DNA from: Myxococcota bacterium
Lineage (GTDB): Bacteria; Myxococcota_A; SURF-8
DNA: 64,000 nucleotides
Reading direction: 5' to 3'
Assembly: GCA_963674735.2 (NCBI GenBank)
Contig: CAXXQS010000002.1
Coordinates: forward strand, 1,632,001-1,696,000
Both the position numbers and the translations under genes were made by a program. Each line of letters begins with the position of its first letter. Position 1 is the first letter of the stretch. This document shows positions 39,722 to 51,024 of this stretch, piece by piece. The notes beneath the pieces were generated by a model. It saw only the letters and a list, made by a program, of their open reading frames with translations. It searched no databases and had not been told where the DNA came from.

Positions 39722-42700
39722 ATGAAGAAACTAAAGCTGCTTATCTTATCCGTGCTGGCGCTTGTCATCCTCGGTGTTCTGGTTTTGCGGGCGGATTGGG
39801 TCGAGAAGATCGATGCCCCGAGTTTCAGTGTTGCCCCGGCCGTGGCCAAGGCCAATCCCAATCCGGACTATGACCTCTCCAGTATCGTGGTCATGACGCG
39901 CGTGATCAGTTATATCAAGAACTACTATTACGATCCCGGCCTTGTCGATCCGCAGAAAATGTTCAAGGGCGCACTGGAAGAAGTGGCGCGTTTTGTTCCC
40001 GCCGTCATGGTGGATTTCAATGACGAGACCCAGAGTGTTTTAGTGCAGATGGATACCGAGCAGAAGGTTTATCCCTATGCCGACATCGATTCGGTTTGGA
40101 AAATCCAATATCGCATGGCGGACATTTTGCGCTTTTTGCAGCCGCATTTGGATCGCGATATCGATCCCAAGGACATCGAATACGCCGCTATCAACGGAAT
40201 GCTGAGCACCCTCGATCCGCATAGTGTGCATCTGTCGCCCCGCATTTACAAAGAGTTGAGGTTGTCCACGGTCGGGAACTTCGGCGGGTTGGGCATTCAG
40301 ATCGGCATTCGCGAGGGCCGGTTGACGATCGTCGCTCCCATCAAAGGCACTCCCGCTTGGCGTGCCGGGTTGAAAGCCGACGATGTGATCGAGAAAATCG
40401 ACGGTCAGTCCTCGATCAATATGTCGCTGGACGAGGCCGTGCAATTGATGCGCGGGAAGAAAGGGACTCCCTGCATTCTGACGATCATGCGCAAGGGTTT
40501 CGCTCAATCGAAAGACTACAATATCGTACGCGATATCATCAAGATACGCTCGGTGCTGTCGGAGCTTCTGCCCGGCAACATCGGCTATATCCAGGTAAAG
40601 AATTTCCAGGGTAACACGGTCAGCGATTTCAAAGACCAGTTGTCCGAGATGCGCAGGCATGGAAGCCTGCGCGGGTTGATTCTCGATCTGCGCGGCAACC
40701 CCGGCGGGCTGTTGGAAGCCGCCGTCAAAATGTCCGATCTGTTCCTCGATTCCGGCGTGATCGTAACGACGGTTGGAGCCGGAAACGAACCGCTCGACAT
40801 GAGCGAGGCGTCCTTTATCGGTACTGAGTCCAAATATCCGATTACCGTACTGATCGGTTCCAGTTCGGCTTCGGCGTCCGAAATCGTGGCGGGAGCCCTG
40901 CGCAACAACAATCGGGCCATCCTGATCGGCGATCGGACCTTCGGTAAAGGATCGGTGCAGGTGCTCTACGATATGGATGATGATTCGGCTCTCAAGCTGA
41001 CGGTGGCGCAATACCTCACCCCCGGCAATGTTTCGATTCAATCGGTGGGGATCGTGCCGGACATCGAGTTGACGCCCGTGCGAATCACCGAGGATTTCAT
41101 CGATTTCTATTCCTCCGACCGCATGCGGCGTGAAAAGGATCTCGACCGCCATCTGATGCACGCGTCGGTGATGCAGGATAAATCTTTTGAAACCCTGCGC
41201 TACCTGTACGATGAGAAGCGTGATGAAGTCGATGTCGATGCCCCGCCCGATACCGTCAACACCAATGATTTCACCATCCAATTGGCTCAGAAGGTCTTGC
41301 GCAAGGTCGGCAGCATCAGCCGCCGCGAGATCATCCTGCAGCGTTCGTTGGATGTTCTGAAAGACATGGAGAAGCAGGAAGAAGCCAAGATGATCCGTGA
41401 GTTCAAAAAACTCGGGATCGACTGGACGCTCCAAAAGAGCGACGCACCAAGCACCGCCACCGTGACGGCTTCCTTCAACCAACCGCTGCCTCTCGAAGCC
41501 GGGGCGGAAGTCGAAATGGTTTTAAAAGTAGCCAATACCGGCCGGAAACCGTTGGTGCGGCTCCGGGCGATTACGGATTCCGACAGCTATATTTTCGACG
41601 GGGTGGAGTTTTTCTTCGGCTTGATCAAACCAGGGCATCAAAAGGAATACAAAGCCAAAGTCACGCTGCCCAAAGATATGGATGATCGTTCCGACGACGT
41701 GGTCTTCACCTTCAGCGAAGCAAATGGACATGCGCCCGATAGTCTGGTTCAGCGGGTAGACGTCAAGGGCCTCAAACGGCCGGTTTTCGCCTACACCTTC
41801 CAGGTTGACGATCACCGGGGTAACGGGGATGGTCTGCTCCAAAAAGGGGAAGAGATCGATCTGCGGCTCGACGTTGAGAATATCGGAGAAGGACCGGCTC
41901 TCGAAGGTCTTGCCATGTTGAAGAACAGCGATAACATCAAAGCCGTATTCATCGAAAAAGGTCGGGAGGAATTTAAAAACCTGAAGCCCGGCGAACGCAA
42001 GTCCATCGCTTTTAAGTTCAAGATCCAGGCGGATTTGAAAGAGCAGAACTTCCCGATGGAAATCACCATCATGGATACCGATCTGCGCGAATTCGTTTCA
42101 GAATCGGTGACCTTGCACGTGCAGCCTGCGCTTTCGTTAACTCCGGTTCCGGCGGGGCGCGTGGTTAAACTGACGGCGGGAACCACGGTATTCGGGTCGC
42201 CCGATGAGCGTTTACCCGAAATTGCGACGATTGGGAAGGATTTGGCGGTTGCCGCTTCGGCTTTGTCCGGACGCTGGGTCCGTATCGGTCTGCAAAATGA
42301 TCGGATTGGCTGGGTGTTGGGAACCGATGCCTTCCAACCTCAGGCGGGAAAGGCGGCTTCGCCGGTCTTGAGCATGAGCCATCGTAGTCCGCAGGTTACG
42401 ATCGAAAACGGACCGGAGTTGCACTATACCCACAAAGATCGTCTCATTTTGAAGGGGATCGCGCGTGATGACAACAACGTGCAGGATCTTTACATTTTGA
42501 GCAACGGGAAAAAAGTCTACTTCAAGTCGAACAAAATCGGCAGCGATCCGCTATCGATGGCATTCATGACGGATATCGAGTTGGAGGAAGGGAACAACCG
42601 TATCGTGATCGTTGCGCGGGAAAGCGATGATTTCGTCGGCCGCAAGTTCCTGAATGTGTATCGCGTCAAGAAGCCGGAGACGACGGTCAGCCAGGCTGGA

Positions 42701-42724
42701 GATGCCGCGATTTCGCCGAAATAA
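39722..42724 (+). CDS. S41 family C-terminal processing peptidase with PDZ and long C-terminal Ig/SH3-like extension (MXAN_5808-like)
   Basis: LDPHS, PDZ FGGLGIQI, LDLRGNPGGLL, SASASEIVAGAL (Ser), TFGKGSVQ (Lys), then a beta-rich C-terminal half. Confidence 0.88.
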   Translation: MKKLKLLILSVLALVILGVLVLRADWVEKIDAPSFSVAPAVAKANPNPDYDLSSIVVMTRVISYIKNYYYDPGLVDPQKMFKGALEEVARFVPAVMVDFNDETQSVLVQMDTEQKVYPYADIDSVWKIQYRMADILRFLQPHLDRDIDPKDIEYAAINGMLSTLDPHSVHLSPRIYKELRLSTVGNFGGLGIQIGIREGRLTIVAPIKGTPAWRAGLKADDVIEKIDGQSSINMSLDEAVQLMRGKKGTPCILTIMRKGFAQSKDYNIVRDIIKIRSVLSELLPGNIGYIQVKNFQGNTVSDFKDQLSEMRRHGSLRGLILDLRGNPGGLLEAAVKMSDLFLDSGVIVTTVGAGNEPLDMSEASFIGTESKYPITVLIGSSSASASEIVAGALRNNNRAILIGDRTFGKGSVQVLYDMDDDSALKLTVAQYLTPGNVSIQSVGIVPDIELTPVRITEDFIDFYSSDRMRREKDLDRHLMHASVMQDKSFETLRYLYDEKRDEVDVDAPPDTVNTNDFTIQLAQKVLRKVGSISRREIILQRSLDVLKDMEKQEEAKMIREFKKLGIDWTLQKSDAPSTATVTASFNQPLPLEAGAEVEMVLKVANTGRKPLVRLRAITDSDSYIFDGVEFFFGLIKPGHQKEYKAKVTLPKDMDDRSDDVVFTFSEANGHAPDSLVQRVDVKGLKRPVFAYTFQVDDHRGNGDGLLQKGEEIDLRLDVENIGEGPALEGLAMLKNSDNIKAVFIEKGREEFKNLKPGERKSIAFKFKIQADLKEQNFPMEITIMDTDLREFVSESVTLHVQPALSLTPVPAGRVVKLTAGTTVFGSPDERLPEIATIGKDLAVAASALSGRWVRIGLQNDRIGWVLGTDAFQPQAGKAASPVLSMSHRSPQVTIENGPELHYTHKDRLILKGIARDDNNVQDLYILSNGKKVYFKSNKIGSDPLSMAFMTDIELEEGNNRIVIVARESDDFVGRKFLNVYRVKKPETTVSQAGDAAISPK

Positions 42725-42853
42725 AAAAAAACGTAGGCAGATCCCCAAAAATATGATATCAGCAGCAGCGCGGTTTCGTTCGGCCGAGATCGGCCCGACC
42801 GTGAATATGCCGACGAAACGGGAAATCCGTTTGTAAGAATCGAGGAGTGAACG

Positions 42854-43111
42854 ATGATCGTCAGAGAAATTCGTATGGGCGGCAAGCTGAGAAAGTTCGA
42901 GTGCTTCCCCGTCGTCGAAAAGTGTGAAGGCTGCAGCAATATCGCCGAAGTCGAGGGCGCGAATTACTGTAACGTGTATGCCAAGCCGGATGCCATGTGG
43001 ACGACGGATGACTGCCTCGGCGCCACGCATGTCGATCGCAAAATCGTCAGCGTCACCGATAAAAAGGTCAATCCGCTCAAGGCGTCGAAGAAGGCCAGCC
43101 GCAACCGCTAA
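42854..43111 (+). CDS. PxxKW-family small cysteine-rich protein
   Basis: PVVEKCEGC...YC..YAKPDAMW...CLGATH...KKVNPLKASKK. Confidence 0.75.
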   Translation: MIVREIRMGGKLRKFECFPVVEKCEGCSNIAEVEGANYCNVYAKPDAMWTTDDCLGATHVDRKIVSVTDKKVNPLKASKKASRNR

Positions 43112-43220
43112 CGACTCGTTTTCGCAAGTCGTTTTGCGCCTACCGGACATTCATGTCTTCCCTGCCGCAAAGCCGTATTCGCAAGAGTTACGGTTAGGTG
43201 GTGGGGTTTGTCTTTTTTCG

Positions 43221-43850
43221 TCAGCGTACACCGATCAGTTTGTGCAGTTGCAGTGAAAGCCGCCAGCGGGGGTGACGCAGGCAATAGTCCAGCGCCTGTC
43301 GGATGTGGACGGAACCGTCGGGAATATCGACCGGCTGCAGGAAGAAGTAGCGGAAATCAAGGTTCTCGAAATCTGCCGGGTCAAGCCCGATTGGATAGAG
43401 CAACTTCAGCTCGTCTCCTTGGATAATCGTCAATGATTGTCCGGGCTTGGGGCTGACCGTCACCCAGTCGAGTTCTTCCGGAAGAGCGCGCGTACCGTTG
43501 GTTTCGACCGCCAGCGTGAAACCGGCGGTTTTACAGGCGGTTAGAAGCGGCGCGTCCAGTTGCAACGACGGTTCCCCGCCGGTGAAGACCAGGTAGGGGG
43601 CTTCCTCCGATTTCGGCCAGCATGAAATGAGATGATCGGCCAGGGATGCTGCGGTGTCGAATACCCCCCCGCCTTTGCCGTCGGTCCCGACAAAATCCGT
43701 GTCGCAGAACGGGCAGGCGCTGCCGGGCTTGTCGGCTGCTTTGCCGCTCCACAGGTTACAACCCGAAAAACGGCAGAAGACCGCCGGTCGTCCGGCTTGC
43801 AGGCCTTCACCTTGAATCGAATAGAATGCTTCTTTGACGCGATAGGCCAT
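43221..43850 (-). CDS. queE: 7-carboxy-7-deazaguanine synthase (radical SAM)
   Basis: KEAFYSIQGEG..AGRPAVFCRFSGCNLWSG...CPFCDTDF (Cx14CxxC), TGGEP, ETNGT, VSPK, SLQLHK. Confidence 0.93.
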   Translation of the reverse strand: MAYRVKEAFYSIQGEGLQAGRPAVFCRFSGCNLWSGKAADKPGSACPFCDTDFVGTDGKGGGVFDTAASLADHLISCWPKSEEAPYLVFTGGEPSLQLDAPLLTACKTAGFTLAVETNGTRALPEELDWVTVSPKPGQSLTIIQGDELKLLYPIGLDPADFENLDFRYFFLQPVDIPDGSVHIRQALDYCLRHPRWRLSLQLHKLIGVR

Positions 43851-44558
43851 TCAGCCCTCCGCGTAACGTGTAGGATCGGGGACTTGCGCCTCAGCGAAAC
43901 CTCGTTTTCGCAAAATACAGCTATCGCAGTGGCCGCAGGCCAAGCCTTCCGGGCTTGGGTCGTAGCAGCTATGGGTGAGACCGTAATCGATACCGAGCTT
44001 GACGCCTTCGCGGATGATCTGGGCTTTCGTGAGGTTCAACAGCGGGCTATGGACGGTGAATGTCCCACTGCCTTCCACCCCGGCGCGCGTGGCCAGATTC
44101 GCGGTTCGCTCGAAGGCGCGGATAAATTCCGGGCGGCAATCGGGATAGCCGGAGTAGTCGATAGCGTTGACGCCGATGAAAATATCGAAGGCTCCCAGCA
44201 CTTCGGCCCAACCGAGTGCGAACGACAGGAAAATCGTGTTGCGTGCCGGGACGTAGGTAATTGGAATGTCAGCCGAATGATCCACGTCCTGGTCTTTCGG
44301 GACGGCCAGATCGGCGGTCAGGGCCGAGCCGCCGAAGCGGCGCAAATCGAAGCGGATGGTGGCGACGTCTTCCGCACCGTAAACATCAGCGATACGCCGG
44401 GCGGCCTGCAATTCCACTGCGTGACGCTGGCCATAGTCGAAGGTCAAGGCATAGCAGGTGAAGCCTTGTTGGCGTGCGATGGCCAGGCAAGTGGCGGAAT
44501 CGAGTCCTCCGGACAGTAAAACGACGGCTTTTTTCGACGATGTTTGGCTCATGCTCAT
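43851..44558 (-). CDS. queC: 7-cyano-7-deazaguanine synthase
   Basis: [36 protein letters not shown]...CGHCDSC..R. Confidence 0.96.
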   Translation of the reverse strand: MSMSQTSSKKAVVLLSGGLDSATCLAIARQQGFTCYALTFDYGQRHAVELQAARRIADVYGAEDVATIRFDLRRFGGSALTADLAVPKDQDVDHSADIPITYVPARNTIFLSFALGWAEVLGAFDIFIGVNAIDYSGYPDCRPEFIRAFERTANLATRAGVEGSGTFTVHSPLLNLTKAQIIREGVKLGIDYGLTHSCYDPSPEGLACGHCDSCILRKRGFAEAQVPDPTRYAEG

Positions 44559-44714
44559 CTCCCAATCCTGTTCCCTTTCTTCTACCCCTCCCTGCCGGGA
44601 AGATCAAGTGAATCGAGTGTTTGAAAGAATGCTTAACAATCTCCTCTCTTTACATCGCTCTTTGCCTGGGTGATAATGCGGTCAATCCGACAGCCGAGCA
44701 AAGGAGAAACCGAC

Positions 44715-46862
44715 ATGTCCGCGTTTTTCAGCCGTTTTGCCGCATTCAGTGTTCTCGTTGTTTTTCTCTTGGCTCCGTCCGTTGTTTTCGCTTGGGGGGC
44801 GGGGATGCATACCGCTTTGACCGGGCATGCTTACGATCGTATGACCGCCCGCTGGAAGTCGGCGATGGACCCGGCGCTCATGTACTACGGTTCCTGGGGA
44901 CCGGACGCCTGGTATATTCTCTCGGATGATTTCATGAGTCTTCTGTGCCCGGTGTCCTGCGGCGGAGCCAACGGTGCGCTGTCGAATGAGGGTTGGGGCC
45001 ATTATACCGATCCCGACCGCTACTACAACATGACGCGCCATCTGATGGTCCATGCCGACAGCCTCCCGGCTTTGTCCTGGGCTTTTGGATACGGTGCGCA
45101 TACGGTGGAAGATTGGCGCGGGCATATCGAATACATTATTTTATCAAATCCTTCCGGCAGCTTATACAATCGGCATACTTTCATCGACAGCACCGGGGCG
45201 GCCCTGGCTTTCAACGTGGAGGGACTTTACGGCTATCCCACCGACTTCACCCTCAATCGGCTGGCCTTCGGTTACGCTGAAGGAGGTTTTGTCACCGATA
45301 GCAATGCCGAACAGACCGGTGGGCGCATTCCGGGCTTGGGGCTGAGTGTCGCCGTCGAGGAAGTGGCCGGTCAGCTCAAGGCACGCTGGAAGGGCATTTT
45401 GGATCCCGAGGTGTCGGGCCTGGAACCGGCGGCCGTCAGCGCCATGTCGGATCTCACGGCTTATTCCAGTGCTTCGGAAGGCATTCTGGCCGCCCAATAC
45501 GGCGTGAGCGACTGGGATTCCGCCGGGCGGGATTTTCCCATTTACATCGAAGACGGCGAACCGGCTATCGTGTGCGCGAACGATTACAAGCAGCGCCTCG
45601 CCTGCGAGGAAGGCTTCGGCTATCCCATGGCCTGCCAAATCAGTTATGGCGGCATCAGCGGGCTGGTTCAATGGCACGATTACCTCAAACCTGCCGACGA
45701 AACATCCCAGGAAGTGGTGGTGGATCGCGATCAGGTGGCGCGCTGGATGGAGAAAATCGCCGAGAATCAGGAATCGGGCGGGGTGCGCATGGATGATGCC
45801 GCGGTTTTCGATGTCGATCCCGATACGGGCCTCTCACGGCGGCATTTCACGGGTATCGATGGCCGCGATTTCAGCTTTGGCCGCACGGTGCCGGAAATCG
45901 TATATGAAGTTCTGGATTTATCGGTTCAGGACGTGGTGGAGCGCCTGTTCGAGAATCCGCATATCGTTGGGACCATCTGGCAGTCGCGCTTGAATCCCTT
46001 CGACAAGGCGCGCTTTGTGGCTTTCGGGTTTCACGCGCGTCCGCGTCTGTCGGCCTGGCCGGATACTTTGTCTTACGAAGACGAAACCATCGCCCTCAAG
46101 CCCGCCGCACCGGGGCCTTTCGCGCTGGCCGAGTTGTCCATCGATCTGCGGCCGGAGGTCGACAATGCGGCACCGGAGATGGTCTTCCCGCATTATCTGG
46201 TTGAAATCAGGCCGGAATTGGATGGCTTTTTCGGAACGGGTCGTGTCGATTTCGAAGCCGGTTATGTTGATGAAGCCGGGTTGCTTGACGTCCTCCAGCA
46301 GGCGTCCTTCGATCTCGCCACGGCGAGTGTCGGCGGTGATGAGGATTTCGCCGTGCAGGCGACGGACGCGGAGGAACGTTCGGTGTTGCGCTTATGGCTC
46401 GACAATCGCGAGGGGGGCTGGCATTTTTACCCGGAAGGTCATTCCGAACGCGCCCTGATGCTTCGCATCTCACTGGCCGTCACTGACGCCGTGCAACCGC
46501 CTTTTGACCTGATTCTCGATACAACCGTTCAGGGTTATTGCGAAAAGCCGGATCTGGCCGATCCCGGCGATGCCTCCACCTCGAATGCCGCCTGCCCGCT
46601 CGTCAAACCGGATTTCCCCGAAGAGCCGGAGATGGAGGGCGATGGCGATGAAGAATCGAGCGAGTTGAATGAGGATGGCGATACCGAAGCGGAATCCGGT
46701 GATGAGGATCAGTCCGCTTCCGATGGCGATGCGTCGGAGTCACCTTTGGTGTCGGACGACGCGGGCGGGGGTGGTTGTCAAGCGGCCACTCCGTCCGCGC
46801 TGGGAATGCTCCTGCTCGTCTTGAGCGGGGCTTGGTTGCGTCGTCGTCGCCTAGTCTTCTGA
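44715..46862 (+). CDS. Secreted protein with Zn-dependent phospholipase C-like N-terminus and MYXO-CTERM-type sorting signal
   Basis: Signal peptide then W-G-x3-H, G..GPD and GY..H...D...H motifs. C-terminal acidic linker, GGGGC, TM helix and RRRR. Confidence 0.6.
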   Translation: MSAFFSRFAAFSVLVVFLLAPSVVFAWGAGMHTALTGHAYDRMTARWKSAMDPALMYYGSWGPDAWYILSDDFMSLLCPVSCGGANGALSNEGWGHYTDPDRYYNMTRHLMVHADSLPALSWAFGYGAHTVEDWRGHIEYIILSNPSGSLYNRHTFIDSTGAALAFNVEGLYGYPTDFTLNRLAFGYAEGGFVTDSNAEQTGGRIPGLGLSVAVEEVAGQLKARWKGILDPEVSGLEPAAVSAMSDLTAYSSASEGILAAQYGVSDWDSAGRDFPIYIEDGEPAIVCANDYKQRLACEEGFGYPMACQISYGGISGLVQWHDYLKPADETSQEVVVDRDQVARWMEKIAENQESGGVRMDDAAVFDVDPDTGLSRRHFTGIDGRDFSFGRTVPEIVYEVLDLSVQDVVERLFENPHIVGTIWQSRLNPFDKARFVAFGFHARPRLSAWPDTLSYEDETIALKPAAPGPFALAELSIDLRPEVDNAAPEMVFPHYLVEIRPELDGFFGTGRVDFEAGYVDEAGLLDVLQQASFDLATASVGGDEDFAVQATDAEERSVLRLWLDNREGGWHFYPEGHSERALMLRISLAVTDAVQPPFDLILDTTVQGYCEKPDLADPGDASTSNAACPLVKPDFPEEPEMEGDGDEESSELNEDGDTEAESGDEDQSASDGDASESPLVSDDAGGGGCQAATPSALGMLLLVLSGAWLRRRRLVF

Positions 46863-47624
46863 GGCTGTCGTCTTGGTTTGTGCCTGATAAATCGGCAGGT
46901 TGAGGATTCCCCACTTCTGCCCTAAAAACTGAAGCAGCGTGCGCAGTGTTTCCAACCCATAGGTCGTCGAACGCAAAAAATTGATTTGCGAAGCTTCCGG
47001 CATGTAGCGACAAGGGACCGGGACGTCGCCCACATTGAAGCCGAAATACGCGGCTTGGGTGAGAAACTGCGAATCGAAAACGAAGTCTTCGGAGTTTTGC
47101 ATGAAGGGGATGGTTTCGAGCACCTGCCGTGAGTAAGCGCGAAAGCCGGTGTGACATTCCCCCAAGTTCAGGTCCAGCACGATATTTTCGAGGATGCTGA
47201 GGGCGCGGTTCGAGATGTATTTGTAAAGCGGCATGCCGGATTCGAGCGTATAGCGCCGATTGCGTACCCGGTTGCCGAAAACCACGTCGCAGATGCCCTG
47301 CTCGATGAAGCCGGTCATGTAAGGAATCAGGCGCGGGTCGTACTGGTAATCCGGGTGGACCATGACCACAATGTCGGCGCCATGCTCCAGGGCCAGGGTA
47401 TAGCAGGTTTTCTGGTTGCCGCCGTAACCGCGGTTTTCGGAATGCTCCACCACCGTCAATCCGAGTCGTTTGGCGACCTCGACCGTATTGTCCTTCGATG
47501 CGTCGTCGACCAGAATGATTTCATCTACGCTGTTCTCGGGGATATCGGCAACCGTTTTTTCCACGGTTTGTGCGGCATTGTAGGCCGGCATGACCACAAT
47601 CACTTTGCTTTTTCGCTCGCTCAT
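46851..47624 (-). CDS. Glycosyltransferase family 2 (polyprenol-phosphate sugar synthase-like)
   Basis: [40 protein letters not shown]. Confidence 0.9.
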   Translation of the reverse strand: MSERKSKVIVVMPAYNAAQTVEKTVADIPENSVDEIILVDDASKDNTVEVAKRLGLTVVEHSENRGYGGNQKTCYTLALEHGADIVVMVHPDYQYDPRLIPYMTGFIEQGICDVVFGNRVRNRRYTLESGMPLYKYISNRALSILENIVLDLNLGECHTGFRAYSRQVLETIPFMQNSEDFVFDSQFLTQAAYFGFNVGDVPVPCRYMPEASQINFLRSTTYGLETLRTLLQFLGQKWGILNLPIYQAQTKTTASED

Positions 47625-49378
47625 GGTGCTCCTTCGTCTCCTTTTTCACGGGGTGTCGGGAACCGGTTTTGCCAAAGGTAAACGCCTTGGCTTGTCTTGT
47701 CAAATCGCGTGGGTTCCCGATAACGATGCAAATGGGGTTCGGGACGCGTGGTGTCCCACCCATAGACGGGCAAGGCCGCCACCCGCTCGAAACGGCTTTC
47801 CAGCACACGCGTCAGGCCCGGCACGGGGGAGCCGTATTGCAGAATCCATTGTGCATCGGCAGGCGGCTGCCAAATCCACCTGGGCAGTTTGTCGGCGACC
47901 ACTTGGCCGATGGTGGAACTCTTCGGGGCGATGATGGAGGAAAAGAGAGTGCGGTCGCCCAGGTACACGATCAGAGCCAGGGCCTCCGATTCCGGATAAA
48001 CGTAAAGGGTGTCGTCGGCTGGAACCGTTTTCTGCAGCAGATCAAACGCCGCCTCGGTCATGGTGCTGCGCGGTGTGCTGATTTCTTCTATATATCCGGG
48101 CAGCGGGAAACTGATGTAACGGGCCAGGGCCTCGTTTCCACCGCTCAACTTGGCGTAAAACGGCAGCAGGCCGAGTAGATTGGTGCCGATGAACAACAGC
48201 GCCGTACCCATGGCCGCCAGGCGGTTGAATTGCCACAGACGCATGAAGACGAGCGCGCTCAGCAGCGCGAGCATGGGAAGCAGCGGCACCTGATAGCGGA
48301 AATCGGAGAAAGCCGTGCTTTGGATGAATTGAGGGGAGAAGGTGGCCAAGGCCAGGCTGAAAACAAAAGAGAAAACGAGCAGTTGACGTACCCCCGACTC
48401 GTCGCTGTTCCGATTGCGCCAGGCCCAATAGAGGGACGGCGCGGCAAAAAGGAAGGGGAACAGGCTAAAGGCGTTGAAATCACGCCAGATCAGCCACAGG
48501 AGCCGCAGACGGTCGCCTAAAGAGTTGCCGTAGCCCTCGGCCAGTTCACGTCCCACCGCATAGCCGGGAGAAGCGAAGCGGATGATTTCCGCTACCGAGA
48601 CGTCCCAGGGGCGGCTGTAGATGATCCAAGGGAGGGCAAGCAGTCCGGCGAAGGCGGTGGCCCAACAAAAGGGCTTCAGGCGGCTTCGGTGTTGCGGTAA
48701 GAGCAATAAGGCGGTCAGCCCGGCCCCGGTGGCGAGGCACCCGAGGGTGTGCGTGTAGAACAGCAGCGTCATGACCAGCGAAAACCCGAATATCGAGCGC
48801 CATTTACCCGATTGCAGATAGGTAAACAACCCCACCGCCAGCAGTGTCAGCAACACAGCCAGGGCGTAATAGCGGCATTGCCGAATGTAAAGCAGATACG
48901 TGGGTGTCAGCGTCAGCAGCGCCAGGGCGGCGAGCCCCGGCCGGGCGCGTCCGTACAGACGCCCCGATAGCCACGGCAAGAGCGCCAGTGCGGCCAGTCC
49001 GCAAAGCACCATCGGTAGACGTCCCGCCCAGGTGGTGACGCCGAAGAGGGCGAACGAGGCGGCGATCAGGTAATGCTGGGCCCAGGTTTCCTTCACATTG
49101 ACGAAGGTTTCGTTCAGGTGCAGACCGTTGCGGTAGGCGGCCAGATTGCGGCCGTCGAAACCGGTGGGGTAGCCGAAGTCGAGGATATTTTTGGCGAAAA
49201 CCGCCGCATGCGCTTCGTCCTCCCAGAAGGGCGTCTCATCCAAGCCGACGAAAGCCAGAACGGTTGCCATGAGCAGCAGCGCCAGCCACAGCACGCGTTC
49301 CCGCCCGGATGAAACCGGCGAAGCGGCGGGTGACGAGGAGCTTTGGGGATCGCTGGGCATGGCTGTGTTTCTCGGCAT
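47621..49378 (-). CDS. GT-C fold membrane glycosyltransferase (ArnT/PMT-like)
   Basis: Multi-TM, FWEDEA acidic motif after TM1, AGRLP and RQCRYY. Coupled to the GT2 gene. Confidence 0.78.
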   Translation of the reverse strand: MPRNTAMPSDPQSSSSPAASPVSSGRERVLWLALLLMATVLAFVGLDETPFWEDEAHAAVFAKNILDFGYPTGFDGRNLAAYRNGLHLNETFVNVKETWAQHYLIAASFALFGVTTWAGRLPMVLCGLAALALLPWLSGRLYGRARPGLAALALLTLTPTYLLYIRQCRYYALAVLLTLLAVGLFTYLQSGKWRSIFGFSLVMTLLFYTHTLGCLATGAGLTALLLLPQHRSRLKPFCWATAFAGLLALPWIIYSRPWDVSVAEIIRFASPGYAVGRELAEGYGNSLGDRLRLLWLIWRDFNAFSLFPFLFAAPSLYWAWRNRNSDESGVRQLLVFSFVFSLALATFSPQFIQSTAFSDFRYQVPLLPMLALLSALVFMRLWQFNRLAAMGTALLFIGTNLLGLLPFYAKLSGGNEALARYISFPLPGYIEEISTPRSTMTEAAFDLLQKTVPADDTLYVYPESEALALIVYLGDRTLFSSIIAPKSSTIGQVVADKLPRWIWQPPADAQWILQYGSPVPGLTRVLESRFERVAALPVYGWDTTRPEPHLHRYREPTRFDKTSQGVYLWQNRFPTPREKGDEGAP

Positions 49379-49522
49379 TTCATGTGTGGTAATCGGCGGT
49401 TAGTCGCGTCCAGCGACATTAGCGCGAGCCGGGCGGCGCGGTCAAGGGAATTTCGGAATGCGCCCTGGCGTATCCCGGTTTCCATGGGGTGCATCACAAG
49501 ATATTGCAAATCGCTTGATTTC

Positions 49523-49611
49523 GGGGTGGCACGGGCCAAGCCGCAGGCTTGCCCGTGTTCGAGAGCTGCATGGGCAAGCTTCGTTGCACTTCGCTTCGCC
49601 CATGGCACCCC
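49523..49611. repeat. REP-like palindromic element
   Basis: GGGGTG...CACCCC outer stem enclosing two hairpins (CACGGGC..GCCCGTG and CATGGGC..GCCCATG). Confidence 0.55.
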
Positions 49612-49769
49612 TTAATAAACCAATCGCAGTTTTCTGGTATGCATTCGTTTCCCTGCACAACAAGCCGATTTTTTTGCCATTCCGATAGTCGATTAGTATA
49701 ACTGGATTACAGCACAGATAGATCAATCTATCAGATACGTACAGAACTGCTTGAGGATGTAGGAAAGCG

Positions 49770-50741
49770 ATGCAAAGAAAACGTCAGTGGTTGTTGATTT
49801 TTTTATCGAGCCTGCTGATTTCCTGTGGCGGAGATGATGACGCAAGTGACAGCGGTGTCTTTAGCCGTGAAGGCGAGAGCTGTACGAAGACGGCGGACTG
49901 CGAAAGCGGTCTGCGCTGTGTGGATTTGGAGTGTGTGCAGGATAATGAAACTTCGGACGGCGACGAAACCGACGGGGATACGTCCGAGGGCGACTTTGCC
50001 GACGGCGACTCGACAGAGCGCGATCTCTCCTGGTTATCGATTCCGGGCGGAAGTTTTGAAATGGGCTGCTCGATAGACGACAATCGTTGCAATTCCAGCG
50101 AAAATCCGCGTCATCGCGTGACCGTCCCCGGCTTCAAGATGACGAAGTATGAGGTAACGAACGCGCAGTACGTGGAGTTTATAAACAACCGTGGGAGCAA
50201 TGAATGCTCGACTTTTCCCTGCATGAGCCTGCACCCTTATCGTTGGCATGAATCGGGCGGTTTGTGGAGGGTGATTCGTGGCCACGAGAACCATCCGGTT
50301 GTGCAAGTGACCTGGTATGGGGCGAAGGCGTTTTGCCAGGCGGCGGGCGGCCGCTTGCCCAGCGAAGCGGAATGGGAGTATGCGGCACGCGCCGGAACGA
50401 CGACGAGATACTATTGCGGCGATGAATCAATCTGCCTGCCTGATGTTGCGCGTTGGAATACGGGGAGCACCTGCCCGGTAGGCCAGTACGATCCAAACGA
50501 TTTCGGGTTGTACGACATGCTGGGCGGCGTGTGGGAGTGGGTGGAGGATTGCTGGCACGATGATTACGATGGTGCTCCCACGGACGGCACTGTTTGGGAC
50601 AGACAATTTTACACGACTCGTGTGTTGCGCGGCGGTTCCTACTGGTCCTATTCTTCCCGGAGCCTGGGCGCGTCGAGCCGCTCCAGGCTATTTCCCTACG
50701 AATTGGACACTGACATCGGCTTCCGCTGCGCCCGGGACTGA
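49770..50741 (+). CDS. Formylglycine-generating enzyme (FGE/SUMF1)-domain lipoprotein
   Basis: Lipobox LISC, Cys-rich knot, IPGGSFEMG, ENP.H.V, EVTNAQY, HPVVQVTW, RLPSEAEWEYAARAG, GLYDMLGGVWEW, RGGS..GFRCAR. Confidence 0.9.
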   Translation: MQRKRQWLLIFLSSLLISCGGDDDASDSGVFSREGESCTKTADCESGLRCVDLECVQDNETSDGDETDGDTSEGDFADGDSTERDLSWLSIPGGSFEMGCSIDDNRCNSSENPRHRVTVPGFKMTKYEVTNAQYVEFINNRGSNECSTFPCMSLHPYRWHESGGLWRVIRGHENHPVVQVTWYGAKAFCQAAGGRLPSEAEWEYAARAGTTTRYYCGDESICLPDVARWNTGSTCPVGQYDPNDFGLYDMLGGVWEWVEDCWHDDYDGAPTDGTVWDRQFYTTRVLRGGSYWSYSSRSLGASSRSRLFPYELDTDIGFRCARD

Positions 50742-50770
50742 GTCACTTTTATTCATTCTGCGCGATCACA

Positions 50771-50841
50771 CATCATTTCCGCGAAAGCGGGAATCCATTG
50801 CAATATCAGAAGCCTGGACCCCCGCGTGCGCGGGGGTGACG
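50771..50841. repeat. REP-like inverted repeat pair
   Basis: TCATTTCCGCGAAAGCGGGAATCCA ... TGGACCCCCGCGTGCGCGGGGGTGAC: two imperfect inverted copies, each a hairpin. Confidence 0.65.
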
Positions 50842-51024
50842 ATTTCCTTTCTCGTGTAAACAGAGTAATACTCAGCACAAAATGACCCTTGAGCGCGTTT
50901 GCCATTGTGATTGCTGCTAGAAATCTCCCCTCGCAATCCGCTTGCCCACGCTGCACGCTTGCGTTACCATGGAGTCGGATGGAGTGATTCATCCGGTAAC
51001 CGAACAACGCGAAGAGGGATAAGC

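Noticed and set aside
40040-41482. 480-aa minus-strand ORF
   Set aside because: Antisense to the S41 protease, with no independent motifs.
43221-44558. queC/queE as a 7-deazaguanine DNA-modification or defence island
   Set aside because: No dpdA/TGT-like, TatD or other defence partners are adjacent. The genes look like ordinary queuosine biosynthesis.
49770-50900. Complete diversity-generating retroelement
   Set aside because: No reverse transcriptase, accessory gene or template repeat seen in the window. Kept only as a possible remote target.
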